Positions 1 through 6,348 of a stretch of DNA of 39,123 bases are shown piece by piece. Both the position numbers and the translations under genes were made by a program. Positions within the stretch are counted from its first letter, which is position 1; the number at the start of each line of letters is the position of its first letter. The notes under the pieces were generated by a model. That model was not told where the DNA came from. It saw only the letters and a program-made list of their open reading frames with translations, and did no database searches. The DNA comes from a virus: the IMG/VR virus record IMGVR_UViG_3300027667_000001, positions 1 to 39,123 of that record; one strand, given 5' to 3'.

Positions 1-99
1 TAATTTTTTCATTTCCTCATTACATTTATATCTATGTTCCATATTTTCAATTTGGCCATACAAAAAACTCATTGCGCCGATCAATTGATCTATATGACT
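1..99. repeat. Terminal duplication, copy 1 (identical to 39025-39123)
   Basis: Compared base by base: taattttttcatttcctcattacatttatatc...gatctatatgact is present at both window ends. Confidence 0.95.
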
Positions 100-240
100 T
101 ATTAAGTCTCCAATGGTTTGTTTAGATTCTTCTAGTTTTTCACCTTCTATTAACATTGAGGTACTTAATTCCTCTACTTTTTTACTAACTTTTTGGATAC
201 AACAATTTAATGAATCTAATAAATCATTCTTGTTATTCAT
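1..240 (-). CDS. Hypothetical protein, N-terminal 80 codons of a 97-aa ORF that crosses the circular junction (continues at 39024 down to 38971)
   Basis: ATG at 240 preceded by AAGGTG 7 nt upstream. It overlaps the stop of the upstream ORF as ATGAATAA. The reading frame stays open to base 1 and continues in the right-end copy to a TAA at 38971-38973. Confidence 0.55.
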   Translation of the reverse strand, partial: MNNKNDLLDSLNCCIQKVSKKVEELSTSMLIEGEKLEESKQTIGDLISHIDQLIGAMSFLYGQIENMEHRYKCNEEMKKL

Positions 241-502
241 TGTTTTCACCTTCAGTTTTTAAATATATGGTTCCAGTGGTATATTTTGGCGTTGGCTCTA
301 TTTCCATTTTTTCAATTACTTCTTTGACCTTTGTTAGTTCAAATTCTTCGATTAAATAATCATTAGGTGAAGATTCATTACGTTTATCTATTATTTCCAA
401 ATTTTTTATGTCTTCTGATGCTAATTCTTCACTCTCGTAACAACCCAAAATATAATCAAATTCTCCGTAGCTCCTAACAATTACTATGTATACTTTAGTC
501 AT
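233..502 (-). CDS. Hypothetical protein (89 aa)
   Basis: ORF track. Its ATG overlaps the upstream stop (ATGA), and it sits in a chain of translationally coupled early-left genes. Confidence 0.55.
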   Translation of the reverse strand: MTKVYIVIVRSYGEFDYILGCYESEELASEDIKNLEIIDKRNESSPNDYLIEEFELTKVKEVIEKMEIEPTPKYTTGTIYLKTEGENNE

Positions 503-618
503 GATTTTTCCCCTAGATTAAATAGATCTTCTGGCATTTCTAGTATTTCGTTAGTCATTGGTAACTCCTTCATGAGATTAAATAGATCTTCTGGCGTTTC
601 TGGTATTTCATCAGTCAT
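499..618 (-). CDS. Small ORF (39 aa) built from a 60-bp tandem duplication (MT[DN]EI.E.PEDLFNL twice)
   Basis: Read by hand: ATG at 618 overlaps the stop of the upstream ORF (ATGACTGA), and the TGA at 499-501 overlaps the next ATG. It is below the ORF-track length cut-off. Confidence 0.4.
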   Translation of the reverse strand: MTDEIPETPEDLFNLMKELPMTNEILEMPEDLFNLGEKS

Positions 619-1063
619 TTGAATCGCCTTTTACTAAAGTAAATTGAAGATCATATCCGCTTAATGAGTTATTTAATGAATTTTCAATTGCTCTATCTAT
701 ACGTTCATTAAAATCCCTAAAAAATACATATTTTTCTTTGCTAAACTCCTTAAGTAATTCTTGAGTTTCTTTTACCTGAATAGCCATTCTTTCATACATA
801 TTTTTTAACATATCAGCTTCAATAATTAACTCGCTTTCATATTCGGCTAATTTCCCAAGTTTTAATTCGAGTGTTTCTAAAAGATTTTTTAACTCTTCGT
901 TTCCGTTAGTCATAGTTTCTCCCCTTTCTGTGTCTAAAGATTCTTTGTAATTTTTGCTTGTAAGTATCTCTGCCATATTTTCTGATTCATTTTCGTTAAT
1001 CATGATTTCTTCCTTTTTTATTTTTAACATCCGCTTAGGATAATCCGCCCATGCAGTCATCAT
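611..1063 (-). CDS. Coiled-coil hypothetical protein (about 150 aa from the internal start)
   Basis: The ORF track gives 611..1114. The ATG at 1063 overlaps the exonuclease stop (AAATGATGA) and follows AGGGGAGA, so the shorter coupled start is preferred. Confidence 0.55.
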   Translation of the reverse strand: MMTAWADYPKRMLKIKKEEIMINENESENMAEILTSKNYKESLDTERGETMTNGNEELKNLLETLELKLGKLAEYESELIIEADMLKNMYERMAIQVKETQELLKEFSKEKYVFFRDFNERIDRAIENSLNNSLSGYDLQFTLVKGDSND

Positions 1064-1962
1064 TTCTCCCCTTTCATTAAAAATACTCTCGATCCTTTTT
1101 TGTTCGCCTTCCACGTCACTAGCGGCCTTCCTGATTCATCCAATAGACACTCGTTATCTTCCATGTACTGCATGATTTTAAATCGGCTTTCCTCTTCGAT
1201 GGCCTGTAATTCCTTCATTTTGGCTTTAGTGTCTAACAGATTTTTTAAATGACTGTCAATTTCACTTGAAACATTGACGGTTTTTTCTGGGATATGCCGA
1301 GGAAACATCAACCTTAAATCTATTTGATTGGTTGCTGGAGGCGCATCACCGTTTTGAACCGAATCCCAAAATGCGCAAGCTGCGTCAATAATGGTTTTTT
1401 CAAGCCCAAGGTCACGAACATATTTATATTGCCTATAATCATTCCCACCTATTAATACGGCGATATAGGCGCAATCTGCGTTTGTGGCTGAGCAATAATG
1501 CGCAACTTGGGCAAGATAGGCCATTGGTATATAGTCGCTGCCGTCCTCTCCCCATTCATTTACCATAAATTGAGTTGAGCATTTAATCTCAAGGACTGCT
1601 TCCCATTCAGAAATATAACCATCTATATTTGCTCGCATAAAATCATAGAATGGATGAGTTATAGTATCTGGCGTTTGAATAATTACGTTATTTCTGTCTG
1701 CAAATTCATCACGGATGACGTTTTCTAAGAGATTACCCCAGTATTGAACCGGTGACATTTCATCACCAATTGATAATATGCCTTTTTTCTCAAGGTAAAG
1801 TTGATAGGGAGTTTTATACTTGGATAATCCTAGAATGATTGGCATATCAGACCCACCTATGCCTAATTTCCTTTCTTGCTTCTTTTCGTATGACAATCCT
1901 ATTGTCCTTGGCATTTCCACTTTGCCGTCTCCTATAGTCCTTTGTTGTACTTTTTCAAACAT
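1060..1962 (-). CDS. YqaJ-like (lambda-Exo/PD-(D/E)XK) recombination exonuclease
   Basis: N-terminal IGGSDMPIILGLSKYKTPYQLYLEKKG and the later DGY...LEIKCS motif are the hallmarks of YqaJ viral recombinase exonucleases. It is in the same operon as a Bet/RecT annealase and SSB. Confidence 0.85.
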   Translation of the reverse strand: MFEKVQQRTIGDGKVEMPRTIGLSYEKKQERKLGIGGSDMPIILGLSKYKTPYQLYLEKKGILSIGDEMSPVQYWGNLLENVIRDEFADRNNVIIQTPDTITHPFYDFMRANIDGYISEWEAVLEIKCSTQFMVNEWGEDGSDYIPMAYLAQVAHYCSATNADCAYIAVLIGGNDYRQYKYVRDLGLEKTIIDAACAFWDSVQNGDAPPATNQIDLRLMFPRHIPEKTVNVSSEIDSHLKNLLDTKAKMKELQAIEEESRFKIMQYMEDNECLLDESGRPLVTWKANKKGSRVFLMKGEK

Positions 1963-2003
1963 TTCATACCTCCTTAAATCGCTCTTAGTTACTTAAAGTC
2001 GAT

Positions 2004-2032
2004 ATTCTACCTTTATTTTGAGTACGTGTAAA
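2004..2032 (-). promoter_or_regulatory. Candidate sigma70 promoter of the leftward recombination operon (TTTACA-17-TAGAAT on the minus strand)
   Basis: The -35 is the reverse complement of 2027-2032 and the -10 is the reverse complement of 2004-2009, with a 17-nt spacer. It lies about 40 nt upstream of the exonuclease ATG. The -35 and spacer are conserved with the 6022-6050 promoter. Confidence 0.5.
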
Positions 2033-2126
2033 CAAATTAAATATTGTGAACACGTCAACAAATCAATTATTATTCACTTCTCGTTTTGCCTAATTTATAA
2101 AAACGATAAAAACATAAGGTAAATGA

Positions 2127-2660
2127 ATGAAAACTGACGATGTTTATCAATTTTTTGGCTCGGCTTGGAAAGCTGCATGCGCGATAGGTATCGCAAAGCA
2201 AAGTTTTTCTAACTGGATAAGGAGAGGTTTTATACCTTTTAAATCTCAAATAAAGATTGAGAAAATTACAAAAGGCAAGCTTAGAGCACGTGAGGAAGAC
2301 GCAAAAAAACCTCAAGAAGATGAAACCCAGGTTGAATCTACCTATTTACCTAGCTTTCGTTATTACGATAAAAAACATGGCATGTGTAGGGTAGAATCCC
2401 TACATTTTAGGAAAAGTAAACTGCCTAAAATAACTTATGTAGTAGAAGGGAATAACAAAGAAAAGTTTGCTGTCTTTAATACAAAAAACCTTATGCAAGC
2501 AACTTATTTATTGGATTCTAAAGGAATAAGACTTTATGAAGGCGACATTTGTTTAATTAATAAGTGTAGGTTTATATTTAAAAATATTGAAATGGCAAAT
2601 GAATTTAAAGAGTTTGGTAAATTCAAAATTATAGGGAATATATTTGATGATAAAAAATGA
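2127..2660 (+). CDS. Cro/YdaS-type HTH domain fused to a YopX domain
   Basis: The N-terminal YQFFGS..KAACAIGIAKQSFSNWIRRGFIP....IEKITKGKL matches the Cro/YdaS pattern. The C-terminal FRYYDKK...LYEGDI...KIIGNIFD matches YopX. It is the first gene of the rightward early operon. Confidence 0.65.
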   Translation: MKTDDVYQFFGSAWKAACAIGIAKQSFSNWIRRGFIPFKSQIKIEKITKGKLRAREEDAKKPQEDETQVESTYLPSFRYYDKKHGMCRVESLHFRKSKLPKITYVVEGNNKEKFAVFNTKNLMQATYLLDSKGIRLYEGDICLINKCRFIFKNIEMANEFKEFGKFKIIGNIFDDKK

Positions 2661-2880
2661 TTCTTACGCAAAAGAAGGCAGTATTCATAACGCAAAACAA
2701 TTTATTAATGAACTTCAAAGTGTTTTAGGGGTGATTGAAGAATCTTTAGGAGACGACGACGAAATGACAGTTTTCAATGCCGTTGTTAATACAAATGCTA
2801 TTATGTGTTGCCTTAAGGAATATCCTTCTAAAACAAAAGAGATTTTTGAACTACTAGAAAAACAAAGTGCATCAAATTAA
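2644..2880 (+). CDS. Hypothetical protein (78 aa)
   Basis: ORF track. It overlaps the upstream gene end on the same strand within the operon. Confidence 0.5.
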   Translation: MMIKNDSYAKEGSIHNAKQFINELQSVLGVIEESLGDDDEMTVFNAVVNTNAIMCCLKEYPSKTKEIFELLEKQSASN

Positions 2881-2899
2881 CTCAAAGGACTAAATCAAT

Positions 2900-3103
2900 A
2901 TGGATAATTACACGCCTAACTTTAACATGCTTCCCATTCATAACATTGTCAAAAGCCATTTGGTTCTTTGCCAACATTCAAGCGAAAAATTATGCCCAAA
3001 AATCATTGCCGAGTTGTCTTTAAAAATCACTGAAACGATAGAGCATTTTTTAAACAAGCATGTAAAAGAAAAAGAGGCAACCGTAAAGCTTGTGAAAAGT
3101 TGA
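2900..3103 (+). CDS. Hypothetical protein (67 aa)
   Basis: ORF track, with AAGGA upstream of the ATG. Confidence 0.45.
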   Translation: MDNYTPNFNMLPIHNIVKSHLVLCQHSSEKLCPKIIAELSLKITETIEHFLNKHVKEKEATVKLVKS

Positions 3104-3329
3104 TTTATAGTTATAAAATGTTCCTCGCTATCTCTTGGCGGAGATAGCGGGAATGGCGTAAGCCTTTGGCGAGCCTAACAGTTATGCAAAACTGTTAATC
3201 GCATGGAAGAAACTACACCATAACAGGTGGTGAGCTATTTTTATTATAGCTAATAAGTCTTTTAAAATTCAAATTTTAAATTACTCATCCACCGGTTAGG
3301 GGTTAATTAACTTAATTGGAGAATATGTT

Positions 3330-3602
3330 GTGAGTGAAGATTTTTTTATTGAAGGAAAAGACGGAACATTAGGCACATTTTCTGTAGAGCCATCCCCTTT
3401 TATGGTAATTGAGAAAGAAATAATACTAAATCTTACTGGTAATCCTCTCGCTGCTTTTATATGGGTCTATATAAAAAGTTTTTCAAATGAAACTATATTT
3501 ACTAAAGGTGAAATTATGGAACATTTTGAAATAGATGAAGATACTTACAGAAAATGTATGGAGTTTTTAGCAGAAAGAAATCTTATCAATAAAAAGATTT
3601 GA
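3330..3602 (+). CDS. Small HTH/winged-helix protein in the lambda cII position (GTG start)
   Basis: GTG start with GGAG upstream. The C-terminal FTKGEIMEHFEIDEDTYRKCMEFLAERNLI looks like an HTH. It lies directly upstream of the replication initiator. Confidence 0.5.
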   Translation: MSEDFFIEGKDGTLGTFSVEPSPFMVIEKEIILNLTGNPLAAFIWVYIKSFSNETIFTKGEIMEHFEIDEDTYRKCMEFLAERNLINKKI

Positions 3603-3625
3603 ATAAAAAAGGGGCATCCTGCCCC
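3601..3625 (-). terminator. Intrinsic terminator on the minus strand (GGGGCA-GGA-TGCCCC followed by TTTTTTATT)
   Basis: GC-rich 6-bp stem at 3611-3616/3620-3625. The A-run at 3605-3610 becomes a U-tract only for minus-strand transcripts. Confidence 0.5.
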
Positions 3626-3672
3626 GTAATCTCTTCGGCAAGTTGAGATTTAATACAGAAGGACTATACCAA
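3601..3672 (-). ncRNA. Candidate roughly 70-nt antisense (oop-like / countertranscript) RNA
   Basis: Extended -10 TGGTATAAT on the minus strand (reverse complement of 3679-3687). A predicted 5' stem-loop at 3628-3633/3645-3650 has an 11-nt loop, followed by the terminator at 3601-3625. It is antisense to the leader of the replication gene. Confidence 0.35.
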
Positions 3673-3686
3673 GGAGTGATTATACC

Positions 3687-4658
3687 ATGTCCACCAAAGA
3701 AAACAACAGAACTAATAAAATCCCAGCAAAAACACATAACCCAAAAGCTCATGCCCCAGCCGTTTATATTCCCTGCTGGTTAATTCAAATCCCCTCATCT
3801 CAATTATCCCATCAAGCCAAGCTTTTATATGGCCGATTGGCACAATGGAGCAGCGCAAAGGGAACGGTTCATAGGTCAACCAATCAGCTATCACAAGAAC
3901 TTGGGATGCAACAACGGGTTATTGAAAGAGGGCTAAAGGAATTACGGGAGGTTAAATTAATTGAGACGTATCAAACAGAATGTGGGGGAATTAACCATTA
4001 TAGATTTTTAGAACATGACTGGATGAATGAGCCTATTAATAAAAATTTGGAATATAACTCACCCCACTACCCCCCCGACAAAAATGTCGGTACCCCCCCG
4101 ACAAATGTGTCGGTACCCACCGACAAAAATGTCGGAGCTAAAATAAAAGAAATAAAAAGAAATAAAAAAACTACTACTACTCTCGCGAGAGAGACCACAA
4201 AGAAAAGTAGTAGTAATTTTGTGATTTCTAAAGAAATAGACGGTTTATTATTAACGTTACGAGCACACTATATCCCTAAAGACACAAGGAGTGACCATGA
4301 ATTTTTAAGACAATGTAGCCATCATTTAGATAACGGAAACAAAGAGAAATATAACCTTACAAGACGCATAAAGGGATTAGAAGCCATAATTAAAGCAGGA
4401 TTTTTTGAAAAACCAGCCGGATATAGTGAAAAGAAAGTCGTTAAATCTCAATATTCACCAGAGGATTCCGCTTTAATTCATAAATACCAGCATGCTTTAC
4501 GCATGGTAAGCCATGGAGCTAAACTTGAAGATTACATAGCAGACCAAAAAGAAGTTAAAAAGGCCATACAGTTAATGAAAAAAGCACAAAGCAACAAGCT
4601 ACCTTTGGATAAAAGATTTGGCTTAATGGGATTTAATCAAATTATAGACGCCATTTAA
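3687..4658 (+). CDS. Replication initiator / replisome organiser (lambda O-like, N-terminal winged HTH)
   Basis: SQLSHQAKLLYGRLAQW...STNQLSQELGMQQRVIERGLKELREVKLIE is a winged-HTH motif. Three iterons plus an A/T-rich tract lie in the central linker-coding part, as in lambda O/ori. Confidence 0.65.
   Translation: MSTKENNRTNKIPAKTHNPKAHAPAVYIPCWLIQIPSSQLSHQAKLLYGRLAQWSSAKGTVHRSTNQLSQELGMQQRVIERGLKELREVKLIETYQTECGGINHYRFLEHDWMNEPINKNLEYNSPHYPPDKNVGTPPTNVSVPTDKNVGAKIKEIKRNKKTTTTLARETTKKSSSNFVISKEIDGLLLTLRAHYIPKDTRSDHEFLRQCSHHLDNGNKEKYNLTRRIKGLEAIIKAGFFEKPAGYSEKKVVKSQYSPEDSALIHKYQHALRMVSHGAKLEDYIADQKEVKKAIQLMKKAQSNKLPLDKRFGLMGFNQIIDAI
4075..4135. repeat. Three dyad-symmetric iterons CCGACAAAAATGTCGG (4075-4090, 4098-4113 variant, 4120-4135); putative ori
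   Basis: Read directly. The spacing is 23 and 22 bp. They are followed by the A/T-rich tract 4136-4175 and the palindrome TCTCGCGAGA. Confidence 0.65.
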
Positions 4659-4698
4659 TTGATTTAATGCGTTTGTTTTATATAGGGACAGCTCAGGG

Positions 4699-4902
4699 AT
4701 GGGTAAGGCAAGTAAGCCTCATAATTCTAATGTTAGACGCCTTAACGGGCAAAACAATATGATATGGTGCTTTAAATGTGATAACCAAAAAGTAAAGCCA
4801 GGTAAAAAATGCAAAAAATGTGGTACCAAGTGTTTGGTTTCACATCAAACAAAATATAAAACCCGTTTGGTTGAGATTCGCCTCAAAGAATTATCCAAAT
4901 AA
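4699..4902 (+). CDS. Small basic zinc-ribbon protein
   Basis: CFKC...(12 residues)...CKKC pattern in a lysine-rich 67-aa ORF. Confidence 0.5.
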   Translation: MGKASKPHNSNVRRLNGQNNMIWCFKCDNQKVKPGKKCKKCGTKCLVSHQTKYKTRLVEIRLKELSK

Positions 4903-4935
4903 AACAGGATTATTCCATGAGACGATAGGTAATTA

Positions 4936-5121
4936 TTACGACTTTTTATTTTTACCTTCTTTATTTTTTATTTTTTCGTATATTTCCTGACGATGTATAA
5001 TAACCCCCTCTGGTGCCTCGAATCCTAAACGTATTTGACTGCCGTTTACTCCTAAGACTGATACTACGATATCGTTACCTATCATGACTTTTTCACCTGA
5101 TCGCCTACCTAAAATTAACAT
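4936..5121 (-). CDS. csrA: CsrA/RsmA-family RNA-binding translational regulator
   Basis: MLILGRRSGEKVMIGNDIVVSVLGVNGSQIRLGFEAPEGVIIHRQEIYEKIK aligns along its length with canonical CsrA (MLILTRRVGE..IG....V.VLGV.G.QVR.G..AP....VHREEIY). The start was moved to the second ATG, which has GGAG 8-9 nt upstream. Confidence 0.9.
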   Translation of the reverse strand: MLILGRRSGEKVMIGNDIVVSVLGVNGSQIRLGFEAPEGVIIHRQEIYEKIKNKEGKNKKS

Positions 5122-5183
5122 AGTCCATATCTCCATTGTTGTTGAAAAAACCGTCTAATATAATCTAAATGAGCTAAATAGCA

Positions 5184-5441
5184 TTAGCTTAATTTTAAAT
5201 ATGAAGTTAACTTTTTTAACAAATTTTGATTGTCTGAGCTTTTAAACCACCTTATTTTTTTATTATCAATAATGCTTATGACAAGCTCATTATCAACTTT
5301 ATAAACATTCATTGAAATAAAACAAGGCCGTCTTCGTTTGTCTAAAAATTTCCATAATAGTGGAATAATGCTTTGTGTGTAATCAAATGCTGGCATATTA
5401 GTCATAAGATTTATCGAGCTGTTCATAGCAATAGGCTTCAT
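5184..5441 (-). CDS. Hypothetical protein (85 aa), in the csrA operon
   Basis: ORF track, with AGGAGA upstream of the ATG. Confidence 0.5.
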   Translation of the reverse strand: MKPIAMNSSINLMTNMPAFDYTQSIIPLLWKFLDKRRRPCFISMNVYKVDNELVISIIDNKKIRWFKSSDNQNLLKKLTSYLKLS

Positions 5442-5556
5442 ATTCCTGATCTCCTTTCATATCGTTAATTCGTTCACAATTGTCACATAAACCACAGTCA
5501 CCATTGCATTCGTTCTCGTCGCCGTGCCATCCGTCCATCAATCCATTGTAACTCAT
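5398..5556 (-). CDS. Small Cys-rich ORF (52 aa, ..ECNGDCGLCDNCE..)
   Basis: Read by hand. The ATG at 5556 overlaps the upstream stop (ATGA) and follows GGGAGGAA. Its 3' end overlaps the next ORF by 44 nt. It is below the ORF-track cut-off. Confidence 0.35.
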   Translation of the reverse strand: MSYNGLMDGWHGDENECNGDCGLCDNCERINDMKGDQEYEAYCYEQLDKSYD

Positions 5557-5966
5557 TGGGTTTCCTCCCACTTATTAAGACAATCCAACATTTTTTCAAT
5601 ATTTTTAGTGTATTTATTTTCTAAAAATATACGTCCATCATTTGTATATAAGTTATAATTTAAGATACTTAATTTTTTATACAGTTCTGATTCTTGGCAT
5701 TTGATAGGCTTTATAATCTCATTAGTGAAATATTTTTCAGAATCAAATGTATTAAACTCAATATCATCCAAATACATCTCTTCACCACAAGAATATTGCA
5801 CCGCATACGCAATACGGTTAGCAATTAATGCCATGTTTAAAGTTTTGGCAACTATCGTTGCGTTGTTTGAATCATCGCCTAAACTATTTATTAAAATTTC
5901 CTCATGAAATTTCACCATCCCAAAAAGCTCTTTAATTTCTATACTATCTAAACATAAAGCTGACAT
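5553..5966 (-). CDS. Hypothetical protein (137 aa), first gene of the csrA operon
   Basis: ORF track. It lies downstream of the 6022-6050 promoter. Confidence 0.55.
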   Translation of the reverse strand: MSALCLDSIEIKELFGMVKFHEEILINSLGDDSNNATIVAKTLNMALIANRIAYAVQYSCGEEMYLDDIEFNTFDSEKYFTNEIIKPIKCQESELYKKLSILNYNLYTNDGRIFLENKYTKNIEKMLDCLNKWEETQ

Positions 5967-6021
5967 CGTATTTTATCCTGTCATAGTTACTTAAAAATGT
6001 TCATAATTACTTAAAGAATTT

Positions 6022-6050
6022 ATAATAGTATAGTTTTGAATACGTGTCAA
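6022..6050 (-). promoter_or_regulatory. Candidate sigma70 promoter of the csrA operon (TTGACA-17-TATTAT on the minus strand)
   Basis: The -35 is the reverse complement of 6045-6050 and the -10 is the reverse complement of 6022-6027, with a 17-nt spacer. The match to consensus is near perfect. It shares a 22-bp box with 2016-2037. Confidence 0.6.
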
Positions 6051-6090
6051 CAAAATATTTGAATTAATTTTATAAATGGAGCTTTTAAGT

Positions 6091-6348
6091 ATGAAAGGAG
6101 CAATGATTAGGTGCGTGAGATGTAAAGGACGTAAAAAACTTTTTAAATTTAATGGCATTTATAATTATACAAATACAGGCGGCGTTGAAATACAATGCCC
6201 TATGTGTCTTGGCGCGGGCGTCACGAAATCATTTGAAGAAGCACTTGAGGAAATAAAGAAAGAAAACAACAAGCACAAATACGATAAAATAAAGGAAAAG
6301 GATTTTAATAATGGCAGGGAATCAAGGGAATTTGCCGAGCAAACCTAA
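6091..6348 (+). CDS. DnaJ-type zinc-finger protein (CxxCxGxG-like, twice)
   Basis: CVRCKGRKK and CPMCLGAG motifs. The ATG at 6091 has GGAG about 10 nt upstream; the ORF track starts at 6076. Confidence 0.5.
   Translation: MKGAMIRCVRCKGRKKLFKFNGIYNYTNTGGVEIQCPMCLGAGVTKSFEEALEEIKKENNKHKYDKIKEKDFNNGRESREFAEQT

Noticed and set aside
515-618. Near-identical direct repeats that could be mistaken for a mini CRISPR or iteron array
   Set aside because: There are only two copies, exactly 60 bp apart and in frame, inside a translationally coupled ORF. There is no spacer-repeat architecture and no cas genes. I interpret it as a coding tandem duplication.
1979-1986. Exact lambda boxA consensus CGCTCTTA near the leftward promoter
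   Set aside because: It lies on the plus strand, while transcription through this spot is on the minus strand. A single 8-mer match is expected by chance in a genome of this size.
2070-2315. 81-aa minus-strand ORF overlapping the control region and the Cro-YopX gene
   Set aside because: It is antisense to a gene with clear domain signatures, has no RBS, and its sequence is low-complexity and hydrophobic. It is a shadow ORF.
3104-3329. tRNA or tmRNA-like gene in the long non-coding gaps (also checked 9486-9886 and 37341-37497)
   Set aside because: I could find no cloverleaf with a T-loop (GTTCRANYC) and acceptor stem by eye. The hairpins do not fit tRNA geometry.
3567-3752. 61-aa minus-strand ORF spanning the cII-position/initiator junction
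   Set aside because: It has no RBS and overlaps two well-supported plus-strand genes. The minus-strand promoter and terminator here fit a short non-coding RNA better.
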